Below, in pieces: positions 47,306 to 57,372 of a stretch of DNA of 64,000 nt. Location: contig JBAXAI010000007.1 of assembly GCA_037142615.1 (NCBI GenBank), positions 1 through 64,000 of the forward strand. The letters are read 5' to 3'. The notes beneath the pieces were generated by a model. It did no database searches. It was not told the origin of the DNA and was given only the letters and a program-made list of their open reading frames with translations. Position 1 is the first letter of the stretch; the number at the start of each line of letters is the position of its first letter. The translations under genes were made by a program, and so were the position numbers. The DNA comes from Spirochaetales bacterium (GTDB lineage: Bacteria > Spirochaetota > Spirochaetia > JABEVK01).

Positions 47306-48490
47306 ATGGTCGTCGAGTCACGCTTTCGAAGTTTGTTCTGGTCCCTGTTCGGGGTTTTTGTTCTGTATGGCACGTCGATGACCATCATCGGGGCCACCCT
47401 GCCCCGCATCCTTGCCGACTTTCACTGGGACTACGTGACGGCCGGAGCGGTGATGGCCGCCGGAGCCGTGGCCTACTTTCTGTCGACGTTCGGGGCCGGC
47501 TACCTGATCAGCAGCGTGGGCGGCAAGTTCACGGTGGTGCTGGGCGTGGTGCTCGACCTCGTCGGCCTGACGTTTTTCGGGGCCACCAGCGATCCGCTGA
47601 CCAACTTTCTTCTCAACTTCCTCATCGGACTGGGACAGGGTTGCATCGAAGTTTCGATCACGTGGGCCGTGGTGCGGCTCGACACGCAAAAGACGGGCGC
47701 GCCGATGACCTTCATCCAGGGAGCCTTTGCCATCGGTGCCATTGTCGGGCCGGTGATCCTGGGCGTCCTGCTGGGGGCCGGTGGGGCGTGGACGCTCGTG
47801 TACCGGGGTCTGGCGGCGGTGTTCCTGGCGCTCGGGCTGGTGCTGGTGTTTCTGCGTTTTGACCTGCCGCCGGCCGAAAAGGCCACCGAAGGCGAGGCCA
47901 AACCGGCCCGGTTGTACTCGCATCCGGCCTACTGGCTGGCTTTTGCTGTGCTCTTCCTGTACGTCGGCGTCGAACTGGGGGTTTCCAGCTGGGTGTCCGA
48001 GTACTTCATCCGCAGCTTCGGGCTGGTGGCGGCCACCGGTTCCATCCTCGTGTCGCTGTTCTGGTTCGGCATTCTGGTGGGCCGCTTCGGCGTGCCGGTC
48101 GTCTTGAAAAGCTGGACCCCGGGCCGAACCCTGATCGTGTTCACGGCCATCGCGGCGCTGTTCATCGCCGCTCTTTCGGGGCTAAGCCTGGCCGCCGGGC
48201 AGGACTGGGCCCGCTGGATTGGGTTTGTCGCCGTCTTCGGCGCGGGCCTCGGATGCTCCATCGTCTACCCGATCGTCATCACGCTGGTGGGAGCCACGTT
48301 CCCCCAGGCGCAGAGCCAGGCCATCGGCTTCGCGGCCACCGGGGGCGGCGTCGGCGCGTTTCTGTTCCCCTTCGTGATGTCGCTCATGTCGCAGGCGTGG
48401 GGCATCCAGTGGGGCTTTGCCGCCTACGCCGCCTTCGCGTTTGTGATGACGGGCTCGGCGCTGGTTCTGGTGCGCGTGTCACGCCATTGA
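47306..48490 (+). CDS. MFS transporter (FucP/TsgA-like)
   Basis: AGGAG RBS; about 12 TM segments; FLYVGVE, GRF. Confidence 0.88.
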   Translation: MVVESRFRSLFWSLFGVFVLYGTSMTIIGATLPRILADFHWDYVTAGAVMAAGAVAYFLSTFGAGYLISSVGGKFTVVLGVVLDLVGLTFFGATSDPLTNFLLNFLIGLGQGCIEVSITWAVVRLDTQKTGAPMTFIQGAFAIGAIVGPVILGVLLGAGGAWTLVYRGLAAVFLALGLVLVFLRFDLPPAEKATEGEAKPARLYSHPAYWLAFAVLFLYVGVELGVSSWVSEYFIRSFGLVAATGSILVSLFWFGILVGRFGVPVVLKSWTPGRTLIVFTAIAALFIAALSGLSLAAGQDWARWIGFVAVFGAGLGCSIVYPIVITLVGATFPQAQSQAIGFAATGGGVGAFLFPFVMSLMSQAWGIQWGFAAYAAFAFVMTGSALVLVRVSRH

Positions 48491-48508
48491 GCGCTGGCGC
48501 CCCCAGGT

Positions 48509-49840
48509 TCACTTGAGTTCGGCGAACTTCGCGGCCATCGTCGGGTTGTCCCTGGTGAGCTTTTTGAGCGTCACGTCCTGGGCCTTTTCGTTGGCCAGGC
48601 GGAGGTTGTTCTCAGAGCCTAAAAGGGCTTCCTTGGTTTTCTGCAGGTGGTCGATGGTCTTGTCGATCTCTTCGATGGCGATCTTGAACTTGCGCGACGC
48701 GAGGTCGTAGTTGCGGTCGAAGCCCGACTTGAACGAGTCGAGCTCGTTTTCGAAGTTGGTGATGTCGATGTTCTGCGCCTTGACGATGGCGAGCTCCGTT
48801 TTGTACTTCAGCGAGTTCATCGCGGCGTTGCGCAGCAGCGTGATGAGAGGCAGAAAGAACTGGGGCCGCACCACGTACATTTTCGGAAAGCGGTGGAACA
48901 CATCGACAATGCCCGTGTTGTAGAGCTCACTTTCGGGCTCGAGCAGCGAGACCAGCACCGCGTATTCACACCCCTTTTCGGTGCGGTCGCGGTCGAGTTC
49001 GCGCAGGAAGTCCTCGTTCTTCTTCTTGGTGGCGGTTTCGTCGGCCTCGTTTTTCATCTCGAACATGATTGAGACAATTTCGGTGCCGCTCTGGTCGAGG
49101 TCGCGGAAGATGTAGTCGCCCTTGCTCCCGGTGCGCGCGTCGTTGTCCTTTTCGAAATACGCCAGCGGAAAGGCCGTCGCCCGGATCCGGTTGAACTCGG
49201 TCTCGCAGTGCTGCTCGAGGGTTTCGCCCACCATCTTGGTCGACAGGCGGGCCTTCAGGTCGCGCAGGCGCTCGATGGCATCGTCGCGATCCTTGATCTG
49301 GGTTTCGTACTTCTCTTTGAGCACATCGCGCTCTTTCGCGACCGCACCGACGGCTTCGCTGATCGCCAGCTTCTGTTCCAGCGCGAGGGAGTCGAGTTTG
49401 GACTTCAGGGCCTGAACCTCGGCCTCTTTGGTCGCGGCCGTTTTTTGAAGTTCATGGGCCAGCCTGGCTTCGGCCAGCTCACCGACGGCTTTCTTGTCGT
49501 GCTTCGCCTGCGCCAGCTCGTTGGCGAGCGCATCGCGTTGTTTTTCGACCGCGCCCAGAGCCTCGGTCACGGCCAGTTTACGGGCCACCTCGCCGGCGTC
49601 GAGCTTGGCCTTGAGTCCTTGGATCTCGGAATCCTTGGCAGCGGCGGCCCTCTGCAACTCGGCGGCAACCTTGGCTTTGGCCAGTTCGACGGCGTTCTGC
49701 TTGTCCTGCTCAGCCAGCTCGAGCCTTTCGTGAAGCTGCTGCGCGAAATCGCTGTCGCGGACCTGCTTCAGAATGTCCGCGTAGCCGGCCTCATCGACCT
49801 TGAACGCCTTGCCGCAGTGCGGGCAGTTGATTTCGTGCAT
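48509..49840 (-). CDS. DUF2130 domain coiled-coil protein
   Basis: GGAGG RBS; [43 protein letters not shown]. Confidence 0.88.
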   Translation of the reverse strand: MHEINCPHCGKAFKVDEAGYADILKQVRDSDFAQQLHERLELAEQDKQNAVELAKAKVAAELQRAAAAKDSEIQGLKAKLDAGEVARKLAVTEALGAVEKQRDALANELAQAKHDKKAVGELAEARLAHELQKTAATKEAEVQALKSKLDSLALEQKLAISEAVGAVAKERDVLKEKYETQIKDRDDAIERLRDLKARLSTKMVGETLEQHCETEFNRIRATAFPLAYFEKDNDARTGSKGDYIFRDLDQSGTEIVSIMFEMKNEADETATKKKNEDFLRELDRDRTEKGCEYAVLVSLLEPESELYNTGIVDVFHRFPKMYVVRPQFFLPLITLLRNAAMNSLKYKTELAIVKAQNIDITNFENELDSFKSGFDRNYDLASRKFKIAIEEIDKTIDHLQKTKEALLGSENNLRLANEKAQDVTLKKLTRDNPTMAAKFAELK

Positions 49841-49910
49841 AAGTTGTTTCCTCCAAGCTTGGACAGGTAAACAAATACTACCTGCGAGTGTGGAGGTCAA
49901 TCGTTGGCTC

Positions 49911-50636
49911 CTAGATCGGGATGACCGGCTTGTCCTGCGGACGTCTGGCCGGACCTTCCAGCGTAAGGCTATCGGTCACCACGATGGCCTGCTCATAGTT
50001 CCGGGTTCGGCTCAGGGCCTCGAAGTAGAGCTTGAGGCGCGCCGTCTGCCCCAAATCGAGGAACCAGAAGAGAGACGTCAGCGGTGAGACCCAGACCGGA
50101 TGCAACATCGTGCGGGTGGTCACAGCCACATCACCGAACTCGCCCCGGTAGGACGCGCGGATCGAACCCACCATGTTGCTGCGGTGAATCGCTTCCGTGT
50201 TGGCATACATTGAGGTGAGAGCCCTCTCGAACTCCTGGGTCACGGGATCGTTTTTCACCAGCGCGTCGAGCCCGATTTCGAGCTGCAGCTGGACGAACAC
50301 ATCGCGCAGTTCGAGCACTCCGATGCGGGACCAGCAGAATAGCTCGGGCGAGATCCCGGTTAGGGCGTCGGGCCGCGAGACCAGCCAATGCGCCAGGTGA
50401 ACCTCGGGGCAATAGCCGTCGCCCGAGCTTTCGGGACCGACGACGGTCACCCCAGTCCCACGCTTGCGCGTCCCTCTCAATTTACCCAAGTCAGTGAAGC
50501 TGGCGCTGGCCAAGTGCACCCGGTTACCCTGCGCGGCCAGTTCGAGCGCCACGGGCAACGCGCACACCACGTCGTACCCACCGCCACAGCCAGCGATCAG
50601 TATGGTCTTGCCGCGAAGATTCAGAGGAAGATTCAT
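49911..50636 (-). CDS. DUF1152-like protein, apparently internally deleted (possible pseudogene)
   Basis: [22 protein letters not shown]...I.....GEFGD, W.SPL..LFWF. The central DGG.D block I recall for this family is absent after LDALV. Confidence 0.65.
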   Translation of the reverse strand: MNLPLNLRGKTILIAGCGGGYDVVCALPVALELAAQGNRVHLASASFTDLGKLRGTRKRGTGVTVVGPESSGDGYCPEVHLAHWLVSRPDALTGISPELFCWSRIGVLELRDVFVQLQLEIGLDALVKNDPVTQEFERALTSMYANTEAIHRSNMVGSIRASYRGEFGDVAVTTRTMLHPVWVSPLTSLFWFLDLGQTARLKLYFEALSRTRNYEQAIVVTDSLTLEGPARRPQDKPVIPI

Positions 50637-50692
50637 CGCAGGACCACGTCTCCGAGGCGGGAAGGCCGAACCAAAACATCTGCCGTAGTCAT
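50633..50692 (-). pseudogene. 19-codon remnant resembling the N-terminus of the VWA-Macro gene
   Basis: AAGGAG RBS then [19 protein letters not shown]; compare MTTPELSIRPIR at 60632. Stop overlaps the next ATG (ATGA). Confidence 0.55.
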
Positions 50693-50719
50693 GTCTTCTC
50701 CTTGATCTCTAAACTCTTC

Positions 50720-50740
50720 ATAGTGTATATACTACACCTA
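50720..50740. promoter_or_regulatory. NrtR-type operator 1
   Basis: ATAGTGT-ATATACT-ACACCTA; overlaps the -10 of minus-strand TTGACG(50749-54)-N17-TATATA. Confidence 0.82.
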
Positions 50741-50770
50741 TAGGAAGTCGTCAAGAACTCTTGATGAAAA

Positions 50771-50791
50771 ATCGTGTAAAAACTACACTTT
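50771..50791. promoter_or_regulatory. NrtR-type operator 2
   Basis: ATCGTGT-AAAAACT-ACACTTT; overlaps TTGATG(50761-66)-N17-TACACT upstream of the phosphatase. Confidence 0.75.
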
Positions 50792-50798
50792 CTTGGAA

Positions 50799-51440
50799 AT
50801 GAACACCAGATCGCCCTTTGTCCAGGTTTTCGGACAGCAGGAACTCGTGGCCCGGGTGGCCCGCGCTGAGCCGGTCGGCAGCCACCTCATTTCGATCGGG
50901 AACCCCCTCATCCCGGGCCAGACGCCGCACGAGGACGAAACCCTCCCCCCCGAGTTCGCGGGGAAGTTCCAGGCCGTGTTGCGCCTGGAGTTCTTCGACG
51001 TGCCCAGTTTGGCCAACCTGAGGCCTGAGCAACCCCAGCGCATCCCCGAGCGCCGCGACGTCGAGGCGGTCCTGAAGTTCTTCCGCGAGTCCAGAGGCGA
51101 GGCTACCGGCTACACCGTGCATTGCTGGGCTGGGGTTTCCCGCTCGACGGCCGTGGCGCTGGGGATTCTCTATCTGATTCATGGCACGGAAGAAGCGGCG
51201 GCTCGCGAGCTCATGGCCATCCGAAGGGTCGCAGGACCTCACTCGGGTCTCGTCCAGTTTTGGGATGACGTTCTGGGCAGTCACCTAGCCGAGGCCAACG
51301 ACGTGTTGCGGCGGGAACGGTTGTTGTCGATGAAGCGGGAGATCCTGGCGTCACTGCGAAAGAGTGGGGTTGAGGTGCCCGAGGACTTGGAAGAACTGGA
51401 GGAGCTGGAGGAGTTGGAGGACCTAGGGGAGTTGAAGTGA
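50799..51440 (+). CDS. Cys-based protein-tyrosine/dual-specificity phosphatase-like protein
   Basis: HLISI, LRLEFFD, P-loop VHCWAGVSRS (CX5R); acidic tail EDLEELEELEELEDLGELK. Confidence 0.88.
   Translation: MNTRSPFVQVFGQQELVARVARAEPVGSHLISIGNPLIPGQTPHEDETLPPEFAGKFQAVLRLEFFDVPSLANLRPEQPQRIPERRDVEAVLKFFRESRGEATGYTVHCWAGVSRSTAVALGILYLIHGTEEAAARELMAIRRVAGPHSGLVQFWDDVLGSHLAEANDVLRRERLLSMKREILASLRKSGVEVPEDLEELEELEELEDLGELK
51293..51400 (+). repeat. 108-bp direct repeat, copy 1 (3' part of the phosphatase gene)
   Basis: Matches 57946-58053 at 104/108 positions by manual comparison. Confidence 0.95.
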
Positions 51441-51500
51441 GGGGGACCTAACAAGACTGGGAAGTTTCGGTAGCATCCCCCGAGCGAGAACAAACCTAAA

Positions 51501-53624
51501 ATGTTTAGAAATCGATTGTACCAGCTATTCTTCCGCATAACCCTCGTGACTATGGTCTTGACTGGTCTATTGGGGTGTTCGCTGTTAAGTATGATGACGA
51601 CTCCCGAAAATGTGCTCCTGAAGAGCCTGTCGGTTGATGGGCTGACCCTCACACCGGCATTTGATCCGGCAATTTCGGACTACACGGTTTCGTCGTCGTT
51701 TGGCTGGACGGCAACGCTGAATGCCGAGGCCCAGATTGCCGGTGTCACAGTGACGGGTACGGGCGAACAGAATCTCACAGGGCACGTTTCCGATCTGGTT
51801 GTCAGCGGAACGGGAACCAAGGGCGACAAGAGCGCCTACCACGTCAAGGTGACCTTGGCGGATGTCCCCGAAGGCGATGACCTTTCGACCTACCTGAAAA
51901 CCCTGGTGGTGACTGGGGGAACACTGGTCCCCGAGTTTAACCCGACGGTAAAGGAATACCAGCTCATCATGCCTGGAACAACCTACGCTGCCGTTGACGT
52001 CGCCTCAACCGCCGCGTGGACCAGTAGCCAAGCCACCAACTTGGCCAATACCTACCTCTCTTCTGGCGACACTTTGGCGGTGACTTGCACTAGTAGCAGC
52101 GGTGCCAAGAGAGTCTACAGTTTGAAGCGAACCACGGGGATCACGCTGGACTACAATGCGAATGGTGGCGATCTAGGCTCGGCGCCAACTACACAGGCGG
52201 GTCAGACAGGAACTTCGCTGACTGTGGCGACATTGCCCTCGGGTTTTGGCCGAACCGGCTACAACTTTGCGTCTTGGAACACGCAGGCAGACGGGAACGG
52301 AACGAACTTTGCGCCAGGGTCGACCTATTCCTTGGGGGCTTCCTCGGCGACCCTCTACGCCCGCTGGACTCTGGGTCAGTACTCGGTCACCTACGATGGA
52401 AACGGGAACTCCAGCGGCAGTGTTCCGACTGATGGAACACTGCATGTTTTTGGCTCGACGGTTTACTTTTCCGCGAACGTAGGTAGCCTTTCGAAAACAG
52501 GGAGTCTCTTTGCAGGCTGGAACACGAAGGCCGACGGGTCCGGAACAGGCTATGCGGCCGGAAACACCACAATGGTAGCCGGGGACCTCATCCTGTACGC
52601 GCGCTGGAGCCACGAGGTGAAATCCATCTCCGCCGGAGCTGACCATGTCTTGGTCGTCGCTACCGACGGGTCGCTCTTCGCCAGCGGACGCAATGACCAT
52701 GGAGAATTGGGTGACGGTGGAACGACGGACAGCCTAGTTCCCAAGAAGGTCATGGACTCCGTCGCTTCTGCAGTCGCGGGTGGCGGTTTCTCTTTGATCC
52801 TGAAGTCTGACGGGACTGTCTGGTCCTGCGGCCTCAACTCACACGGACAACTTGGAGACGGCACGACGAGTGACCGCTTTGTCCCGGTCCAGGTCCTGAG
52901 TTCGGTCTCCGCCGTTGCGGCTGGCTATAGCCACTCAATGTTCCTGAAGAACGACGGCACGTTATGGGCCTGCGGACAAGATACCTATGGTCAACTCGCC
53001 GATGGCTCCACGAGTGACCGCTTGACGCCCGTGCAGGTGATGAGTTCTGTCTCGGCGGTGTCGGCTGGCTACTCCCACACCCTGATCCTGAAATTGAATG
53101 GCACCCTGTGGTCAGTCGGGGGAAATGGAGGCCAGTTGGGCGATGGGAGCACAACGAACCGTTCAGCCCCGGTACAGGTTCTCGCCTCTGTTTCGACTCT
53201 TTCTGCCGGGTGGTTTCACTCGCTGGCCGTGAAGACGGATGGCACCCTGTGGGTGACTGGAATCAACACGACCGGTGAGCTAGGGATAGGTACGACGACC
53301 ACGATTTTGACGTTCGGGCAGACTTCTGACTCCTCGGTTTCGGCTGTTGCCGGAGGGAGATCCCACAGCGTGTTCCTAAAAGCCGATGGTACGCTTTGGG
53401 CGGCAGGTTCCAATACCAAGGGGCAATTGGCAAACGGAACCACCGCTGGCAATTGGTCCAGAATCCAGGTGGCTGCGTCTGTGACAAGCGTCGCCTGCGG
53501 TCAGTATGACACGCTCTATGTGAAATCCGACAAGTCCGTTTGGGCTGCGGGTGCCAATACCTATGGCCAACTCGGCGACGGCAGCACGACAGATCGCTCC
53601 GACCCCGTCCAAATCCTCTTCTAG
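51501..53624 (+). CDS. Surface lipoprotein with cadherin-like domains, InlB-B-like repeats and an RCC1-repeat propeller
   Basis: Lipobox LLGC; LTPAFDP and LVPEFNP; two Y..NG...WNT.ADG.G...LYARW repeats; about 7 AG..H...DGTLW..G.N..GQLGDG repeats. Confidence 0.88.
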   Translation: MFRNRLYQLFFRITLVTMVLTGLLGCSLLSMMTTPENVLLKSLSVDGLTLTPAFDPAISDYTVSSSFGWTATLNAEAQIAGVTVTGTGEQNLTGHVSDLVVSGTGTKGDKSAYHVKVTLADVPEGDDLSTYLKTLVVTGGTLVPEFNPTVKEYQLIMPGTTYAAVDVASTAAWTSSQATNLANTYLSSGDTLAVTCTSSSGAKRVYSLKRTTGITLDYNANGGDLGSAPTTQAGQTGTSLTVATLPSGFGRTGYNFASWNTQADGNGTNFAPGSTYSLGASSATLYARWTLGQYSVTYDGNGNSSGSVPTDGTLHVFGSTVYFSANVGSLSKTGSLFAGWNTKADGSGTGYAAGNTTMVAGDLILYARWSHEVKSISAGADHVLVVATDGSLFASGRNDHGELGDGGTTDSLVPKKVMDSVASAVAGGGFSLILKSDGTVWSCGLNSHGQLGDGTTSDRFVPVQVLSSVSAVAAGYSHSMFLKNDGTLWACGQDTYGQLADGSTSDRLTPVQVMSSVSAVSAGYSHTLILKLNGTLWSVGGNGGQLGDGSTTNRSAPVQVLASVSTLSAGWFHSLAVKTDGTLWVTGINTTGELGIGTTTTILTFGQTSDSSVSAVAGGRSHSVFLKADGTLWAAGSNTKGQLANGTTAGNWSRIQVAASVTSVACGQYDTLYVKSDKSVWAAGANTYGQLGDGSTTDRSDPVQILF

Positions 53625-53635
53625 GAACCCACACT

Positions 53636-55969
53636 ATGAACAAACCCTACCCGTTCGCGATGCTCCTGGGCCTTTTCCTCCTTTCCCCTCTCCTCCCCGC
53701 CGAGACACCTGGCAACCTCTTCCAAATGGCCTCGCCTGGCACGGTCCAGCTCAAGACAGGCCTGCAACTGGAAGGCAAGAACGCCAAGAACCCGGAGCAG
53801 GTCAACCTGTTCCTGAAAACCCTCGGATTGAAGCCCCTGGGGAGCACAATTGCGCTCTCGAGCGGTACAGGGATCGCGCTGTCGTCCGACGGGATGATTC
53901 TCACGAACGCCCATGTTGTGCTCATGTCGGGGAAGGAGCGCTCGGATGCACGCCAGGGCCTGATCAAGGTGTTCCAGCAGCAATTTGATCTGATCAACGG
54001 CTACACCGCCTACCAGCGGCAACAGAAGAAGATCCCGACCTTCACCAATCTAGACCAACTGGCCCAGGACCTTTCGCACGTCATCCTTGAGAGCCCGATC
54101 TTGCTCCAGCTTCAGGTGAACAATACCGAGACCCGGGCCGTGCGCATTCTGGCGGCCGACGAAGACCGCGACTTGGCCTTGGTACAGTCGGACTTCATCG
54201 ACCTCAAGCCGTTGCGTTTGGCCGACTCGGCCGCTGTCAATGTCGGCGACGATGTGATCGCGCTGGGCTATCCTCTGGGAAGCACGCTCGAAGACATGTT
54301 CTCGCAGGTGGTGACGACCATGACCAAGGGCTCCATCACTGCCATCCGAAAGGCCAACCTTGCCTTGCAGCACTCGGCCAACATCACCCACGGCAACTCG
54401 GGCGGACCGCTGATCAATGCCGCTGGCGATGTGGTGGGCATCAACTCGGCGGGAATCACCGAGGGTAACAACCTGAACCTGGCAATTGCGTCAAGCACGG
54501 CAAAACAATTTCTGGTCGACACCGGTCATCGGGACGTGATGCTTGCCAATGCGGGACTGCCCATACCGGTCTTCGCGCCCAAGCCCACAGAGGCTTTCAA
54601 CCCCACTCGCGGCAAGGGAATGGTAACCATCACAGGCCTGCTTGCGGGAACCAAAGTGTCGGTGCTTTCGAACGACGAGGTGAAGAAGCGCGAGTTCACC
54701 GCCCCGAGCGACGGCAAACTGGTGTTGATCGACCTGCCTTTCGGCACGTTGCAGATCGAGGCGGATGTCCAAGTCTACAATAAGCTGTACTACCCCCGCT
54801 ATTTCGATACCGGAAAGTCGGTCATCGTCGTCGGCTACCCTGCGGGACTCATGCTTCGCCTGGACAGCAGCAAGGACTGCAAGGTGCCTGAAAACGGGTT
54901 CTTGGAGCTGACTTTGGATGACAAGCAGCACACGCTCGACCCCGTCGCCGCGTGGGGTCGAGGGGTTCAATCCCAGGTCGAAGTGATGGATGAATCCAAC
55001 TACACGGTCACCTTCGGTTCCGGCGCACTTGAAGTGTCGGGAGTTCCGGCAGGGGCCGAAGTGACACTCAATGGTGTGTTGGCCGGACCCGCGGACTCCG
55101 GTGGCCTGTGGTCTTCGGTTCATGCGCCACTGGGGCCCCTCAAAGTAGGTCTCAAGGCGCCGACTTGGGTTGCTCCGGCAGAATCGGTCACCATCGGTTC
55201 CCAGGGGGTCGCCAGGGTCACGCTGACGCCAACGCCTTCGGCTCAACTTCTGATCAAGACAACCCAAAAGTGGCAAGACCTGAAGATCGCACTCCTCGAC
55301 GGGGCCGCCAAGGCGATCGAACTACCGTTCTTGGAAGACGCCAACGTCATCGAGCTCCAGTTGCCCGAAGACACATACCAACTGCGGGTCAGATTGCCCG
55401 ACGACTCAGCCGACTTCTATGACCAGCCCTTCGCGCTCGCGGTAGGCAAGGCGACCGAGATTGCACTTCCCTCCATCGGCCACTCGGAAGCCTGGGTCGC
55501 CGAGCAAGCCCGGCTTGCCGCCGAAAAGAAGGCACAGTTCGAAGCGTTCCTGGGCAAGTTGTTCTTTCTGGGAGCTCAGGCCGGAGATCCCGTGCCCTAC
55601 GCCCTGATGGCGGGGGTGAACCTCGCGCCGTTTGAGCTGAAAGCCGGCGTCAGTTGGTCTCCAGTACCAGTCCTGCTGGGTGCAACGGCAACCGCATCGT
55701 TTTGGTTCGTCAAGATCGGCGACTTGGCGGTGGGGGCCGGAGTGACGGCAGACTATATGTCGATCCAGTCCAGCTGGGACTATGGCGGAAAAGCGCCGGC
55801 AACCCTGACGTCCACCCTGCTGCTGGCGGGACCGAGCGTTTTGGCCAAGTGGAACGGCTTCGTTATCGATGCCGGTGCGGGTTGGGCGTTGCGCCACCGC
55901 AACCTCGTGGCAGCACCAGCCGATGGCATCGGCACGCATGTGCTCGCGGGCTGGTATTGGAACTACTAA
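53636..55969 (+). CDS. Secreted trypsin-like (S1C) serine protease with PEGA-like domains and a C-terminal beta-rich domain
   Basis: Signal peptide; catalytic TNAHV, DLAL, GNSGGP; C-terminus ends in amphipathic strands (AGWYWNY). Confidence 0.85.
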   Translation: MNKPYPFAMLLGLFLLSPLLPAETPGNLFQMASPGTVQLKTGLQLEGKNAKNPEQVNLFLKTLGLKPLGSTIALSSGTGIALSSDGMILTNAHVVLMSGKERSDARQGLIKVFQQQFDLINGYTAYQRQQKKIPTFTNLDQLAQDLSHVILESPILLQLQVNNTETRAVRILAADEDRDLALVQSDFIDLKPLRLADSAAVNVGDDVIALGYPLGSTLEDMFSQVVTTMTKGSITAIRKANLALQHSANITHGNSGGPLINAAGDVVGINSAGITEGNNLNLAIASSTAKQFLVDTGHRDVMLANAGLPIPVFAPKPTEAFNPTRGKGMVTITGLLAGTKVSVLSNDEVKKREFTAPSDGKLVLIDLPFGTLQIEADVQVYNKLYYPRYFDTGKSVIVVGYPAGLMLRLDSSKDCKVPENGFLELTLDDKQHTLDPVAAWGRGVQSQVEVMDESNYTVTFGSGALEVSGVPAGAEVTLNGVLAGPADSGGLWSSVHAPLGPLKVGLKAPTWVAPAESVTIGSQGVARVTLTPTPSAQLLIKTTQKWQDLKIALLDGAAKAIELPFLEDANVIELQLPEDTYQLRVRLPDDSADFYDQPFALAVGKATEIALPSIGHSEAWVAEQARLAAEKKAQFEAFLGKLFFLGAQAGDPVPYALMAGVNLAPFELKAGVSWSPVPVLLGATATASFWFVKIGDLAVGAGVTADYMSIQSSWDYGGKAPATLTSTLLLAGPSVLAKWNGFVIDAGAGWALRHRNLVAAPADGIGTHVLAGWYWNY

Positions 55970-55970
55970 G

Positions 55971-57140
55971 CTAGAACACCATCCGGCCCTTCCCGCGCGA
56001 CGCATCCAGAGCCGCCAAGGCGGCTTCCGGTTCCGCAAACCTGTCAAACATGGAGCGGTTTGGGGAGCCGACGAGGGCGACCAAGCCCCGCCGAACCCGG
56101 CAACTCTTGCGCAGAAACTCCAGCTTGGACCAGTCGGCCTCGCTGAACCGGCGGACCTCGCGCGTGTCGAGCAGCAGCCGGGTCCATCCCGCTCGGACGA
56201 GATCGGTAAGGCGTCCCAGGGTATTGCTGCCTTTGGGAAACAACACCGGGCCGGAAAAGCTCACGAAAACCGCGTCGCTGAACGGTAACTGTGCCAGTGC
56301 CACGTCGCAGGCGCTCGTCAGCAGCGTGTGCACCGCGTCCCGACGGGCACGGGCCTGCGCCGCCGAGCCGGGAAGGCCGAAGCGCCCTAGGAAGGGCACG
56401 CTGCGGTCCAGCAGCCACGGCGTCACACGACCGAGGGCGAACTCTGAGGTCACGTCAGGTACGCCGCCGTAGAAGGCTTCGGCGACGGCGCCCGCGATGC
56501 AAGCCTGGGTGTCGGCGTCGCCCCCGAGCGAAATGGCATTGCGCAGGGCATCGTCGAAGTCTGTCGACTCCAGAAAGGCGATCAGTGCCTCGGGAACACT
56601 CCGCTGGCAGTCGACGTGGAACTCGTAGTCGGGACGCAAATCCTCGAGCCGCCGCGACAGGTCGTATCCCGTTTGTTCGGTGACACGGCGTGCGATCTCG
56701 GCCTTGCTGGCCCCGCGCCGGGCCAGGAACACGGCCATCGCCACGGCCTGGGCGCCCTTGATGCCCTCGGGGTGGTTGTGGCTGACGGCGGCCTGTGCTC
56801 CGGCGGCAGCGAGCACCTCGGCCTCGGTGTCGAACGCCCAACCGACCGGGCTGACCCGCATGGCCGAGCCGTTACCCCACGAATTGTACGGACCTTCGGT
56901 GGGATCGTGCAGCCAGCGGATGAAATGGCCCCCGTAGCCCGCCGTGGGGTACTCGAGGCCCACCTCGCGCATCACCTCGGCCCAAGGTCGGCCAGCCTCG
57001 AGCGCGTGTGCCACGGCTATGGTCATCACCGAGTCGTCGGTACACTGCGACCAGGGGTTGAGGAACTCGAAGTCCTTGGTCTTCTGGCTCAGCGACTCGT
57101 ACGTCGAGCCGATCACGTCACCGACAATGGCACCCAGCAT
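55971..57140 (-). CDS. ADP-ribosylglycohydrolase (DraG/ARH family) with C-terminal extension
   Basis: GAIVGD.IGS, TDDS, GNGSAMR, SHNHPEG, GGDADT; GGAGG RBS. Confidence 0.93.
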   Translation of the reverse strand: MLGAIVGDVIGSTYESLSQKTKDFEFLNPWSQCTDDSVMTIAVAHALEAGRPWAEVMREVGLEYPTAGYGGHFIRWLHDPTEGPYNSWGNGSAMRVSPVGWAFDTEAEVLAAAGAQAAVSHNHPEGIKGAQAVAMAVFLARRGASKAEIARRVTEQTGYDLSRRLEDLRPDYEFHVDCQRSVPEALIAFLESTDFDDALRNAISLGGDADTQACIAGAVAEAFYGGVPDVTSEFALGRVTPWLLDRSVPFLGRFGLPGSAAQARARRDAVHTLLTSACDVALAQLPFSDAVFVSFSGPVLFPKGSNTLGRLTDLVRAGWTRLLLDTREVRRFSEADWSKLEFLRKSCRVRRGLVALVGSPNRSMFDRFAEPEAALAALDASRGKGRMVF

Positions 57141-57154
57141 AGATGGCCTCCTCG

Positions 57155-57175
57155 TTAGTGTTAACTATACACTAT
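57155..57175. promoter_or_regulatory. NrtR-type operator 3
   Basis: TTAGTGT-TAACTAT-ACACTAT, with minus-strand TTGACA just upstream (about 57186-91). Confidence 0.85.
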
Positions 57176-57372
57176 ATCAAAGAATTGTCAAGAATCCGGT
57201 GTTGTTCCCCGAACACCCGCCCTACCAACCCCGCCAACTCCTCGACAAGTGCCGTTCCAGCCAGCGCCGGATCGGCTTGGTACTGTTGCAGCAGCGACGT
57301 GTAGAACCACCGCTGCTCGCTCCGCAGGGCGCGGAAATGCTTCCAGAAATCGGAACCGAGCCGAGTCTCCCC

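Noticed and set aside
52600-53620. Periodic DNA similarity suggesting a CRISPR array or DGR
   Set aside because: Explained by about 50-aa RCC1 protein repeats; no identical repeats with spacers, and no cas or reverse transcriptase gene.
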